NCBI GenBank assembly: GCA_017654855.1
Contig: CM030333.1
Location: forward strand, 3,782,001 to 3,846,000
Reading direction: 5' to 3'
DNA: 64,000 nucleotides
Origin: Podospora anserina
Taxonomy: Eukaryota
Below the pieces are notes generated by a model. It did no database searches and was not told the origin of the DNA. It was given only the letters and a program-made list of their open reading frames with translations. This document shows, in pieces, positions 23,701 through 37,372 of the stretch. Both the position numbers and the translations under genes were made by a program. Within the stretch, counting starts at the first letter, position 1; every line of letters starts with the position of its first letter.

Positions 23701-26700
23701 AGGTGTGGTCAGATGTCACGAGCTCGCGTTATTGGGCTAACAGTAAAAAGCTTTTGCTAATCAGCAAAATCTGATAGCATGGCATCACTTATTCCTTCTT
23801 TTCACCCAGAACGGCAACAGACCACATAGGTACTCACGAACATTGCTACCAGTCTCCATGTCCACATCACCCCAGATCTTCGCATATGCATTATGCACTG
23901 CGGCATTGTGCAGTACTTTCCTGGGACTCGGGGATCTTCCGTTACTCAATCACATCCCACAACCTACTAGCGAAAGCGAAAAACCCCAGACCAAACAGCA
24001 AAAATTCACCGTGGCATTCCCTCAGAAACTCAGGTTCCTGCCCATGAAGCCAAGACAGCTCGGGAATATTCTTGACAAACGCCAAGTATTCGAGATAATG
24101 AAGCTTGTCCTGTCGAACCCAGGCCCATCCTCGCCGGCGTTGGAGTCACAACCCTGATCCATGAGCTCGCAGTAGAACAGGGGTGCCGGTACCTGCACGA
24201 GGAACATGAGATGGCCAGAGAGAACTCCGCCAAGGCTACATACGCTTTCTCTAGAGCTCGGGATAACCTCTGTTCTTTGCTTGCTTGTTTCGATCCTAGC
24301 CTGCGCTTTGCTTTTCTTTGCCAAGATGACATGACTCTTTCTTTGCAGCTGCTTTATAGGAACTTGCCGAGAAAGCTCCATCATGTGAAAATTCATGGGG
24401 AGAACTGAGGTGACTGGTGACGATCAAGGATGGGTAAAGCTTTAGCTGACACGTGAGCCATGGAGAAATTACTGATCGGACATATGCCTATCGCGAGGGT
24501 TCCAGATCATGACACAACGACCCCATATTCAAACAAGGTGCCTCTAGTATATAAATCGTCACCTCTCATCCAGAAGGCAGAAGCCTGTGTTCGAGTACTG
24601 ACATGAAGGCCGGGTATTCACGGCTTATTATCAGGCAATAACAGGTAGCATGGCATTCACTTTGAGATATGTCCTTGCTGATCTTTCATACCCATCTGAT
24701 GATCTGATGGGTAGTTTATCCAGCGTCAGTTCATCGAAACTGCTTTTCGTGCTCGGCTTCAACTACAGCCAGGATTTTTACCTGTGAGGATAGCATCGAT
24801 CCTTGTCATGCCTTTGCTCGGTCTCACGCTCATTCCATTCCCATCGAAGCCATCAGGCCGTGCGAGAGTGTCGAGTAGCTGCGGAGACATAAAGGGGGGG
24901 GCTATCAGTCAACATCCTGTTCAACATCCTTAGCCATTCCAGCTTAGAGGTTTGATCAGCCGTTGACTTTCAGAGTGGCTGGTTGTTGGGATGACACTGT
25001 CCAAACCTTCCCTTCCCCCGTCTGTGCTCTGGTTTAAGTCATCTTTATTTGAGAGAGCGTCTGTCACCTGGTTGACCGTGGAATGCAGGGCATTCTTTCT
25101 CATGTACCTGTTCTCATGCTATAGCTCCAATGTTCGTTCTCTGATCGTTGCCACGTTGTCATCAGGACAGTGAAGCAGTGAAGATGGACGGGCTGTCAGT
25201 AAAACGCAGGGCACCTTGAAGTCAAGAAATATGTACCTGTTCCCATGCAATCACTGGCGAGTCTGTGGGTTGGGGGTTGGGGAAAAGACAAATGGCAGTC
25301 AAGGCGTTTACATAGTGCCTCGTTGTCAGGTTGTTACCGAAGAGATGCTATGCATCTTGGGCGTGGCCAAGACGAGCAGACTGTCAGTGCGGGTGCGTTG
25401 ATCTGACAGTTCTGACAACTCGGACAAGCACGGCCGAATGGGCTTCATTCAAGGTAGGAATTGTGGGCGTCTTTGTTGGTCATGTTTGTAGAAATCACAG
25501 AGGAGGTCGGGAGAATGGCAGATCTAGGTAGCCTCGTATGAGAGAGAAGCACAGGGATATTTTCAGCAGAGCATGGGGAGTTTTGATTTTGATATTCTCC
25601 AAGTGTCCTCAGTCTAGGCCCTCCCATCTCTTCAATATGCCAAAGGAGCCATGTGCTCCTCTCTCGGATACAAAATGACATTACACGGAGTGCGTCGAGG
25701 TAACGGACCGGTACTTCACATCTTTCCGACCTGTACAATATCCTGCCACGCGTCTTTCGGAGCATCCGGCGTTCGTACTGTTGGGGTAGGCCCGCGTTTC
25801 CAGTGCTCGAGCTTTTCGATGCGGTCCTCTAGCTGAAAACGCACCCAACCGTTAGCTATCAAAGCACGTCTTGCCTAAGGTAAGTGCATGAATATGCATC
25901 ACCCAGTCACTTGCAAGGCAAGTGGTGGGTTTCGGAGCAGACTGGGGCGGTCGTTGTCATAAAAAAAAGAATTATTCACCCACCTTCGGGAGTGAATGTT
26001 GGAACCAATGTTCGACTACGGATAACCTGTTCGCTGTGTTTTTGTCCCTCTTCAGCCTGTCCGTCTCTTTTTTCGCTCTCCCAATTCTATCCTTCGCCAA
26101 AGCCTCCCAGAATTTTTTGTTGAAATCGTCCCTCTCCCTCTCCCTTCTGTCCTGGTTTCTCTTCCTCTTGTAAACATCAACCCCGATGCCGAGCAGCATA
26201 GAAAAGAGACCAAAACTGGCAGGTAGGGTCTGACGGATTCAAACATCTTGGAAATGTATTTTTGAAAGGAGTGTGTATGGACGCCTGGTGTGCCGGGATA
26301 GCAATGACAACGACTGAGCGAATTGGTTGGCCAGTTTGTGGGCATGCGGGAAATAAGTTTGACGGTGGCAGGATAAATATAGATAAGGCTTGAAGGGAAA
26401 GAGAGTAGATTTTGGGGGTGAAAATTGAATGGTGACCTGCATTGGTTGAAGTTAAATCGCGTTGGTGGCTTGGAAAAACTCCCCATCCCGCGAGGTATCA
26501 CAATCTGAACGAAAGAAACAAGACTGACATGGAATCACCGCCTGGAAAATAATCAACACGGTACTCGACTGTTGTTCGAGGCTCCCTGACCATCTTGAGG
26601 GCCTTATTTTCGAGTAGCAACCTCCTCTTCAAATACATGGCATGGGCATGCATTGGAAACTATCACTGCAAACAGTGGCGCAATGTCAACAACGACGTGT

Positions 26701-28522
26701 ATGCCAGGCGGGCAGACATGCTGGATCTCACAATCAGTTTTGAAACAATAATGGGGAAGAGTTCATGTCCAGTCAGAATTCCATATGTTCCACAAATCAA
26801 GCTAGGCCGGTGTTTCGCTTCAGGGCTTACAAAATTTGTGTTTGCCCTACCAGCGTCATGAAACACTGAATTGACGTGCGAGTTATTCATTGTCGGTCTC
26901 ACCTAATAAGCACTCACTTTTCACAAGTCACCAAGCCATGTTTTGTAAGGCTGAAGCCATATTCGTTGCGGATGATTTCCATCGCAGCAACTCATTCCGA
27001 GTTTGAGCAGCCCAAGGAGGTGACACGAAGCCATAAAATCAGGGCTCATTATGGCTGGGAAGACTGGATGATATCCCCACTCGGCAACCCAGGTGCAAGA
27101 AGACATCTGTAACACAGACAGCGGACATCAACTAGGCGTGACCTGTACTGTCAGCCGGGCAAGCGCAGAAAAACTTCGGCCAAGGACAGAGGCTTCGGAC
27201 TGAGAAAGCGAAAGTTGTATTTCTGGAAGATGATCTGCATCCTGAATATCTGATATCTGGGAAGAGAGCAGCAATGAATAAGGCGTGTTGGTGAGTTCTA
27301 TTCTTAACAAGCCAGTGCGTAGGCGGCAGTGTTGTAGGTAGAGCGAACTAGAAGGCTCTTCGAAACCGACCAGCTGAGACGCGTACACAGTAGAGTCCAC
27401 AATGAAACTATTGACAGACGAAGCTTTGCTGACTGGTCGGGAGAGGCCGTGAAGGGGCGAGGAAGCTTGGGTCCGGCACTGTGTGTACGTACCTGATCTA
27501 AAGATTCTCTAGTGACGGGGTGGATCTTCAAGCTGGAGTTGCTGGAGGCCGGTTTGAGATGGCCTGAGACAGTTACTACCCTCAGAGAGGCTTGTCTTTG
27601 TTGGTCTGACCCGAGACGTTGGAAACGGCCCAGGTTCTTGTGGCCCAGCGGGTTGTTGGGCTGCTACTTTCCCCGCCCCCATAAGCAACAGCTTTCCCGG
27701 TCTGAGGTGAGCGAGTCCCGGATTCCACTTGAGTCCAGAACTCTGCTGCGTTGCAACGGTCTGAAGCTTATTAAGTGGGGCGTTTCTATGTTACGTCAGC
27801 GCCCAGGCACACCCGTTGGCGGGGTGTGACCAACAACCTTCACCCACTGACAGGTTTATCACGATTATAGACAAATATTTCGAAGTCGTTTTCGACCAAT
27901 GCCTTTCTCATTCAGGAACGCAGCATTGCAAACCACAGGGCTCATCATGTTGATCCGTGCTTACAAGTGTTTGGTAACGGATCTCCGTTCAGTGTTTCTG
28001 GCCACACTCGCCATGCTCCAAACCCGTCGGCTAGGAAACTGTCACGGGCCGTTGGGATGAGCTTTTCGCAGGGCTCAGACTTGGACTCATCCGATGAACT
28101 CACCCCTGGCCTTAGCTCACCGGCCTCCTTCGAAGAATGTCCCCTCGCAGCCTCTAGGCTAGCGTTGGTGGTCGGTCTGCAAGACCACCGACCTGCCGCC
28201 TAGATGGGGACCTGCTTCTTCTACGCCGATCTCACAAGGCGCGTTCCTCATAGCACACACAGTACCGTCAACAAGCTTCCAGCTGGCTGGGTGATGTTGC
28301 CGCTCGATCTTTTTTCTTCTCAATTTCCTTCTGACGTATGATCTCGTCTTCTTTAATCAGAGATATATTTCTCCGACACTTCTGGCCACTTTCGTTTGTG
28401 ACACGCAGGTTGCATCTCTCGTTTGCACACCTTACCTATTTGACCCTTCACACCACACTCACTTCAATCTTTGTTTCATTGCACCTTGACTTCAAAGTAT
28501 AACAGACACCTACCATCGAACC

Positions 28523-30910
28523 ATGGGGCCGCCCTCCTTCCTTATGAGGAGCAAATCTGACGATTCCTTCTTGAGCATACTTTCCACCAAAGAGGAGAAG
28601 TCGCTTCTTCCAGCGCCAGTACACCGAAAACCAAAAATTAGAGTACGAACGCTTCTAGGCCATTGCTTATATCGTAGGGTGATATTATGGACTGCCGGCA
28701 TTCTATTTCTCTTATGCTTAGCGATTTCATCACCAGGGGGTCGCCAACGCCGCCAAAGGCTGATGGAGTTGGTGGACTTGAGCCATCAGGATGTGAGAAG
28801 CAGCGGTGGTGAGGGTGAAGCACCAACAGTTGCCAAGGACACAGAGGGTGTGGTTTTTGTGGTCTCCGCGGGAGATGCGCCACAGGTTCAAGTTCAGGGG
28901 GAGCACATGCCGACCTGGTTGCGATTTAGACAGTGAGTACTCCCTGGAAGAGGAAACATGTTGATCGCGACTTGGCGCTAACGTTCCACCAGCCTTGACG
29001 GTTTCTTCAATGGTCTCAAAGCCCTAGTGCCAGCAAACGAATACATACCGGAGTATCCCAGGAAGCCGGGTGAGGCGTCACCGTTCCCACTCACGCTATC
29101 TTACACCGGCTTGCCGACCCCGACGCCCTACGTACCTCAACCTGACTATGAATCGCCGGAATACATCTCCCAGTACCACGCCGTCGAAAAATGTTACCTC
29201 GACAAGGAACGGAGGATTCCGGTTCCCGATCTGTATGCTTACAATGGCGTTGTCCAAGGCCAGCCAGAACCCGCCATGGGCTCACGCAACTTACTGGGAC
29301 TTCGTGACGATGTTTGCTTTGACAGATTCGGTCGATACGGGCCTTATGGCCTTGGATATAGCTTTGACGAGGGAGGTGCATTTGTTGGCACTGACACAGA
29401 GCAGGAAGGCAGCAGTACGGTTTGGGAAAAGACGGGCAAAATTAACTATGAAAACATGGACTGGGGCGATGCCCAGACGCGCTGCTACGAATCGAACAAG
29501 AAGCGCTTCGCCGACCCAGCAGCACCAACAAAAACTGCAGCAGTTTCAGGCCAACTTCATCCACGGTCATTTTTGCGCAACGAGCGGCAGAAGATCCCCC
29601 GGACGGCCGTGGTCATCAGGGCCTATGTTGGGTTTCAGTGGACGCAACACAACATCTTGAACTTCCGGGCCCTGATATCTGAACTGGCGCTCAAATCCGG
29701 CGGCGAATACGCCGTACACTTCCTCCTCCACGTGCGCAACAATAACGAGGCCATCTGGGCCGACCCCATGACGGCCCAGCGCATCCTGGACGAGAACATT
29801 CCCCAAGAGTTCCACGGTCTCTGCACGCTATGGTCGGAAGCCCAAATGCGCCTCTACTACCCAGGAAAGTTTGGGGGCAGCTTCCAGAACCCCAGCGGTG
29901 GTGATATTCATGGTGTTTACCGCAGCGCCCATTTCCCTCTGCAGCACTTCGCGATGCAGCACCCCGAGTATGAATACTTTTGGAACTGGGAACTCGACAT
30001 GCGCTGGTTAGGGAATTACTATGAGCTCTTTGATCGCCTCAGTGCCTGGGCCAAGGAACAGCCCCGTAACGAACTGTGGGAGCGCTCTGCCAAATACTAC
30101 ATCCCTTCCTACCACGGCTCTTGGGAGAACTTTACCTCCTTGGTGCATAATGAGACCTTGAACAGCGGACGCGAGGCCACCTACGGCCCAGCTCAGTTCC
30201 CCGGCCGCCAACCCCTCCGATCAGAACTCCGAGGCGAGAGCTTCATGCCCTCCAATTGCGATCCAAACGACAAATCCGACACCGAGTGCGGCAAAGGCGA
30301 AGAAGCCGATCTCATCACTCTGAACCCGCTATTCGACACGGAACACTCGGGCTGGGTCTTTTCAACGGATGTCACAGGATATAAGCGCTCCTTGCCTCTG
30401 CCTCCGAGAAGATGTAGCATCATCACCGCTAGCCGGCTCTCCCGTAGATTGCTGAACACAATGCACGAGGAGACCTGGAGACTGAAGCACACCATGTTTG
30501 CCGAGATGTACCCCGCCACTATGGCACTTCACCACGGGTTGAAGGCCGTCTATGCCCCTCACCCTGTTTACTTGGACCGAGAGTGGGAGATTGAAGCGAT
30601 TGACAAGGCTTTCAACGGCGGGAGGGATCACACTGCTGGCGGGCACGGTTCTCCGTTTGACTTGAACAACGAGCATAATCACAAGGGGAGCAGCTGGTAC
30701 TACAATAGTGAGTTTGCCGGCTTGCTTTGGAGGAGGTGGTTGGGGTATGCGCAGTTTGATGGCCGGGGAAGGAATGGTGGACGGTCAGGGGAAGGGCAAT
30801 TGAGGGGTGGGAAAGAGGAAGAGGAGAGGGCGGCTGGGACGGGCAGGTTGTGCTTGAGGAGCATGTTGGTTCATCCTATCAAGTGGGAGCATCCTAGTGA
30901 GCTGGATTGA
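28523..30910 (+). CDS. DUF3405-family type II membrane protein (putative glycosyltransferase-like)
   Basis: Exons 28523-28932 and 28993-30910. N-terminal TM helix, VCFDRFGRYGPYG, RTAVVIRA, FWNWELDMR, EEADLITLNPLFD, RLSRRLL, ALHHGLKAVYAPHP and MLVHPIK. Confidence 0.85.
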
Positions 30911-32935
30911 GTTCCCAGAGCAGCATGTTTGGAGTCTTTTTTTTGATAAGGCGGGGAAGGGAGTGGCAAAGGGCTGGTTGAACCTTTGCTGTTGGGATAT
31001 CCGGTAATAAGGGCTGCATAATTGGGCGGACAGGTGGCATAAAAGTAGCATTTTTTGCGGTCGTGTTTGATAATGTATATGCTTCTTTCTTTCTTTTGTT
31101 AACAAGCTAGCCTTAGTTTTGATAGGCATTGAAGCAATGTTTTCTTCCAATCGTGAAGTTGTCTAAGCAGCAGTGCTAGTGTTACAGTCTGATATCTGGG
31201 TCGGGTTGCGGCCGGCCGCCGCCATAAATGGTCCGGGCCGCCTTGTGTCTCGGGAGATGTAAAATTGGCCTTGTTGCTGTTGGCAGGCAGGCAAAGGCAC
31301 AGAAGGGTTGACATGTTTCAGGCCTCACAATGCACGATGCTTTTCAAATTAAATTTAGTGATAGATGAGGGCGGCAAAATGGAAGGCAAACTTTCCAAAG
31401 AAAAGAAATTTCTTGATGTTGCACAAAACCTGGATCGCCAAGTACTTATACGATATGCAGAGTCCCTATGACAGAGATCAAGAGATATGCACCTCCGGCT
31501 GGGTCCCGTCAGCGGCGGCCCCGGAGGTCGGTGGTTCTTCCACCCCTGTCAGAATCCAAACCCAAACCCCTTCCGGAGCTCCCCCACGCTTTTCTGGTTC
31601 GCTGACGGCAGTGGGTGACAGCCGAGTTGTCAGTGCGAACGGACGGGGGAGAGAAAGGCTGGATGGGATGGATGGCACGGATGCAATGGGAGTGGTCATG
31701 TGCTCAATTAACGCCCGTATGATGTGCATATTCGGTTAGCTGTGGGATCACCAGGAGAGAAGAGGTTTTTTTTGCTCCCGTTGAAGGTTTGCTGAATGGA
31801 TGGATGGATCATGGTGAGGCTTTTGAAAGTTTAAGTCTTTGGTCGGATGATGACCACCCCGCTTTCTTCCAGGGCGATTGGAACCGTGGGGTAAGCCTCT
31901 GGGGAGCGGCGAATGGGGTTGGGTAACGGTGTTAGTAGTGATTGCTCTAAAAAGATGAACAGATGGTGAACAGACAGATGAAAGCGTCTCCGGACTGTGA
32001 ATAGAGATTGTCCGGCCGAAGCCGAGTCCGTTGGGTTTGTCATTGCTTGTCTCGAAGATATTGGCACATGTCAGATACCGAAACCCAATGATGGATATGG
32101 CTGCAGTGCTTCGTCATTGTGGACCCTGCTACCACTTTAACACTTTCGACTTGCCCTCCTCCACTGTTTTCAATCCACAGTGACATCGACATCGATTTCA
32201 AGGGAACACAGCATCAGGGGCATCCATCGAGGTGCAAGGTGACGCACAACAAAGAAGACCACCCCACCGGGTGTTCGCCCAAAGGGCACACGGGACGAGG
32301 TTGGCGCAAGGCTGAAGACGCCCTCATGTCCAGCTGAGGAAAACTAGATACAGATAGATAATGCATTCTATGACTGAGGCTTATCTGCTGCACCTTGGTG
32401 GTTTAGTGGCTGCTTTTTTTTCGATGACCCCGTGATCGCAGTGTTGGGACTCCCAATTTCGGACCCTCCTTGCTCCCCTGGTCGGCGGACAGGGCAGCTG
32501 TGGCACACCCACCTGCATCCGCGCCTGCAGCATAACCACCTCCACCTCCTGCCCGCACACTCCTCAACACCCAACGTAAAGGCCGCCTTGTCTGAGACGC
32601 AACCCTCTCTCAGCAACGCCGCAGCTCTTCTTCACATCATCTTCCAACCTTATCTCCTTTTCCTCTTTTTTCTTGTTCCCTTAGCCTCTCTGGGATAGAA
32701 CAGACAGACGACGACAATCGAGCGAGTTCCTGCAGCAGACGGCAGCACTCAATCTGTTGTTTTAGCGTTCAGCCACTCGCATCAGAGCCCGAAGCACAAG
32801 CCAGCCCGTCCTTGTTTGCCAGAGCTCCCCCTACCTCACCTTACCTCACACCTTTCAGCAGAAGCTTGACTTCGTCTTTTGCTCCCGTCCTCTGTAATCC
32901 CTCGAGTCCTCGATACTCAAACAACGACTGCCATC

Positions 32936-35372
32936 ATGCCCATCATCCCGACCACAGAGATTACACCACCTGCCCCGCCACCGGGCCCTCCCCGAAGCCG
33001 GGGCTCGACCGACGAGGGCGTTTTCGACGATGCCAGGACCTACTACACCGCCGATGAGCGCCATCTGAACACCCGGGCGGGTGCCAGAACCCGCACCTAC
33101 TCCCAGGTATTTTCTGCTTGTGCTCATGGAGATGACCAATGTGGCTGACCAGCATTGGGCTGCAACAGAACAGCTTGTTCAAGCAAATGGAGCGGATGGG
33201 CCTGAAGGAGCCTTACCGGAGAGGCAGTCATGGTGAGTATTCTGATATTCCCCAATTTTCGAAACACATTACGAGCTGGTGCTGACAATGCTTTTCCAGA
33301 CGAATCCACCATTCCACATTCTCGTCGATTCCTTATTCAAGTCGAACCTACTCTACAGAGCTTGCAGTCACAGGAGGATACCGATGGGAACATGCAAATC
33401 ACCATTGAGGACAATGGTCCCAAGGTTCTTACACTCCGCACTGCGGCGTCTAATGGGCACAACAGATTCGATATTCGAGGTACATACATGTTGTCCAACC
33501 TGCTCCAGGAGCTCTCTCTCGCCAAGGAGTACGGCCGCAAGCAGATTATCCTCGATGAGGCCCGCCTGAACGAGAACCCTGTCAACCGTCTTTCGCGAAT
33601 GATTCGTGATCACTTTTGGGAGGGACTCACTCGCCGCATTGATGCCTCCAGCATTGAGATTGCGGCGCGGGATCCCAAGGACTGGACAGACGACCCGAGG
33701 CCACGCATCTACGTTCCCCGGGGCGCTCCTGAGCAATACGAATACTACACCAAGGTGGCAGAGGAGAGGCCTGAGCTCCGGCTCGATGTGCAGCTCCTGC
33801 CAGAGAAGATTACCCCTGAGCTGGTTCGGGATATGAATTCCAAGCCCGGTCTGCTCGCGGTCGACATGGAGGAGGAAGTCGATCCCAAAACTGGAAAGAA
33901 GACGCTCAAGGGCCGACCATTCGTCGTGCCAGGAGGTCGCTTCAACGAGCTTTACGGCTGGGACAGCTACATGGAGTCTCTGGGTCTGCTGGTGCACGAC
34001 AAGGTCGACTTGGCCAAGTCTATGGTACAGAACTTTTGCTTTTGCATCAAGCACTACGGCAAAATTCTCAATGCCACCCGATCCTACTACCTCTGCCGGT
34101 CACAACCTCCTTTCCTGACCGACATGGCGCTCCGGGTGTACGACAAGATCAAGCACGAGCCAGGTGCTCTGGAGTTCCTCCGGACGTCTATCTTGGCCGC
34201 CATCAAGGAGTATCACAGCGTATGGGTGGCTGAGCCGCGTTTAGACCCCGTCACAGGTCTTTCACGGTACAGGCCCGAGGGTCTTGGTGTTCCTCCTGAG
34301 ACGGAGGCTGGCCATTTCGTTCATATTTTGGAGCCCTACGTCGAGAAACATGGCTGCACCTTTGAGGAGTTTGTTGAGGGGTACAACAATGGCAAGATCA
34401 AGGAACCCGAGCTCGACAACTACTTTATGCACGATCGTGCTGTCCGTGAGTCGGGCCACGATACGACTTACCGTTTTGAGGGTTGCTGTGCCGACCTCGC
34501 CACGATCGACTTGAACTCTCTCCTCTTCAAATACGAAACGGACATTGCGCGCACCATCCGAAATGTGTTCCACGACAAGCTTGTCATTCCTGCTGAGTAT
34601 TGCGTGGGCAATATGGAGCCCAACCACGTCGAGGCGTCTGCTATCTGGGACCGCCGCGCCAAGCGGAGAAAGTTGGCCATTGACAAGTACCTTTGGAACG
34701 AGCAGGAGGGTATGTACTTTGACTACGACACTGCGAACCGCAAGCAGTGCTCGTACGAAAGCGCAACGACCTTTTGGGCACTGTGGGCTGGTGTTGCCAG
34801 CCCCAAGCAGGCCGCAGCCATGGTCACCAAAGCCCTTCCCAAGTTCGAGGCTGTGGGTGGGTTGCTGTCCGGTACTGAGGAGAGTCGTGGTGAGATTGGC
34901 CTGGAGCGACCTAACAGACAATGGGATTATCCGTATGGCTGGGCGCCACAGCAGATTTTGGCGTGGACGGGGTTGTATCGGTACAGCTTCACAGAAGAGG
35001 CCGAGAGACTGGCGTACAAGTGGCTGTTCATGATTACAAAGGCGTTTGTTGACTTCAATGGGGTGGTGGTGGAGAAGTACGATGTGACAAGGCCTATTGA
35101 TCCGCACAGAGTGGACGCCGAGTATGGAAATCAGGGGCTGGACTTTAAGGGTGTTGCCAAGGAGGGGTGAGTTCTGATTCTTCCATGTTGGGGTGCTGAG
35201 TATAATGACTAACAAAATGATTAGATTTGGCTGGGTCAACGCGAGTTATGTGTACGGCCTACAGATTGTCAATGCTCACATGCGGAGAGCCCTGGGAACG
35301 CTCACGCCGTATGAGACTTTTATCAGGGCCGTGGAGGAGAATAGGGCAAAAGCATTGGCGGAGTTGGTGTAA
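32936..35372 (+). CDS. NTH1: Neutral trehalase (GH37) with Ca-binding motif
   Basis: Exons 32936-33106, 33169-33232, 33300-35166 and 35225-35372. RRGS PKA site, [52 protein letters not shown] and EGFGWVN. Confidence 0.97.
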
Positions 35373-35699
35373 ATTCTTTAACTGTCAACAATAAGAATGG
35401 AAAGAGAGGAGGGAGCAATGGATGGGTTTTGGGGAAGAGAAAAGACGACTAGAAATTGTAGAAAGTTGCATACCTATCCTAAAATGAAGATATCCCTGAA
35501 GAGACCACCGGAATTGGCAGAGTGGCGATGATCCAGCAAGGGTTTTGGTTGTGGTCGGTGAAATGATGAGAATGGAGGCATGATGGCAAGTGTGAGAGGG
35601 CATGAGACAGCCTGGTGGACAGTGAAGTGGATGTTAGCTGAGGGTCCAAGGTGCTTTGCACGATGCCAACACCTAAAGTTATTTCAAAGTGTATTGCTT

Positions 35700-35960
35700 C
35701 CTAAAGAGAGCTTGATGGTATAGTAGGGTTGTTAAGTGAAAAGGACATTGGAGATGTATTCAAGCCTCTCGAAGAGGTCTTCTTGTCAGGATGTATTGTG
35801 AGCTTGATAGTTTCTATCTTTCAAAAGCTTCCTCTAAGTCATTTCACATCTCTCTCTTGTTTGCTCGGTGCTTTACCTTTATAGCTCCTATCTAGCTATA
35901 TCTAGACACCTTGCGGCCTCCACTCTGTCCAGATGCACCATGGCCTCTTCATCTTCCATC
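35700..35960 (-). pseudogene. RIP-mutated coiled-coil-like ORF fragment
   Basis: MEDEEAMVHLDRVEAARCLDIAR*EL*R*STEQTRERCEMT*RKLLKDRNYQAHNTS*QEDLFERLEYISNVLFT*QPYY. All stops can be explained as C-to-T changes in CAG/CAA/CGA codons. Confidence 0.45.
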
Positions 35961-37168
35961 CCATCATTATATAGATATCATTTGCAGCCGCTCAATCTGT
36001 TAACATCATCATCGGCAGCTGCCGACGAAATTTACATGATCGATGACAGCCAGAGATGATTTCGACTCCAGCCGCTCAACACTTCATCTGAGCTTTTATT
36101 AACTTATCCGTTATAGCGATTGCAGCCGTTCGTTGCCTCGGCGACTGTGGACGAAAATGTAAATATGCCCCCTGTTCGCTTTTCAATTGCAGGCGATAAG
36201 CTGCGATTGCGGACGATAAGCTTACGATACAATGATGCCCTCCCGGTTATTCTCACGCTTTTGGCTGCGGATAATTAATAGATTCGGTTGCAGCCGCTTC
36301 AGCAGCAAGAGCATTATGGCATCAAGACAACACACCCAGTGAAATGGAACAAAGAGTTTGAAGAAACTCTTGACGGATGCTAGTATTAACCTTACTAGGT
36401 AGCTTTCCTAAAGACAATTCTACTGCTCCTGCCTCTTCGATGTTGCCAGATGAATTTCGTCTGCAGCTGCTTAGCTGTCAGGTTGACGGCGAAGGGAAGA
36501 GGAAAGAAAGAGACATTAAGAAAACACAGCCGGAGACTTCCCTTTTCTTCTCCGATTGATGATAGTTAGTATTTCGATTGCGGCCGCTGGTGTTTCGGTT
36601 GCAGCCGCTGATATACCTAGATAATAAATAAAGCTGGGATGAAGGACTATCTACTGTGGTACTGGGGACCGCACGCTCTCGATCGAGTGAGATTGCTGCT
36701 ACCGCAGTCGAGGGCAGACGAAAAAGATGTGATGCTGCTGACGAACAATGCTAGCGCATAGGGAGAAGCAAACCTAGGGCAGTTACCTTCTCATGGAGCA
36801 GGATAGTCGGCCAAGAAGAAAAGAAGGATGTGGTATTGTTCGGGTCGGTGAACTGGAAAGCAAGAGTGGGAGAGGTCTCTGATAGAGTACTCTGGTCCAC
36901 AAAGTCGCTCGAGTGGAATTGCTGCTGTTGCGCTCGAGAGCAAACGATGATGAATAATGCTAGAGCGAGGAAGGGGAGCGGGTGAGAGTAGGGGGAGGGG
37001 GGGGGTTGTATTCAAGTGCCCAACGCCACATTCCAGAGCATAAAGTGAGTGATCTTTAATGGACTTATCTTTGCAAAATAAAAAACTTAAGTTGGTCTGC
37101 TGTTAAACATTGGTATTTTAATATGGTGAACCACTATACTTTATGAAGTTATCCAAGCCCTTATCGTT

Positions 37169-37372
37169 TTAACCCGTTTAGATGTTTTTGCATATTTACT
37201 TAACTATTTCTAGACGTTATGCATATTTCGTTAACCGTTTGCAGACGTTTTACATATTTATTTAGCCATTCGCAAATGCCTGTCATATTTACTTAACCCG
37301 TTTGCTGGCGTTTGCATATTTGGTCAGCTGTTTGGAGACGATTCATATTATTAAGCTAACTGTTTGGAGCTG
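37169..37372. repeat. Degenerate tandem array, 31-bp period, about 6.5 copies
   Basis: Units start at 37169, 37200, 37231, 37262, 37293 and 37324, with a partial copy at about 37355. Consensus approximately TTAACCGTTTGCAGACGTTTTGCATATTTAC. Confidence 0.85.

Noticed and set aside
24689-24713. Short inverted repeat TACCCATC...GATGGGTA
   Set aside because: It is an isolated 8-bp stem with no associated feature.
32214-32480. STRE-like AGGGG/CCCCT upstream of neutral trehalase
   Set aside because: These 5-mers are too frequent in this sequence to support a call.
36652-36660. TACTGTGGT, identical to the Tc1 element terminus
   Set aside because: A 9-mer is expected by chance in 64 kb. There is no inner TIR segment and no partner end.
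37169-37372. CRISPR-like reading of the periodic array
   Set aside because: The locus is eukaryotic, the units are contiguous degenerate repeats without unique spacers, and there are no cas genes.
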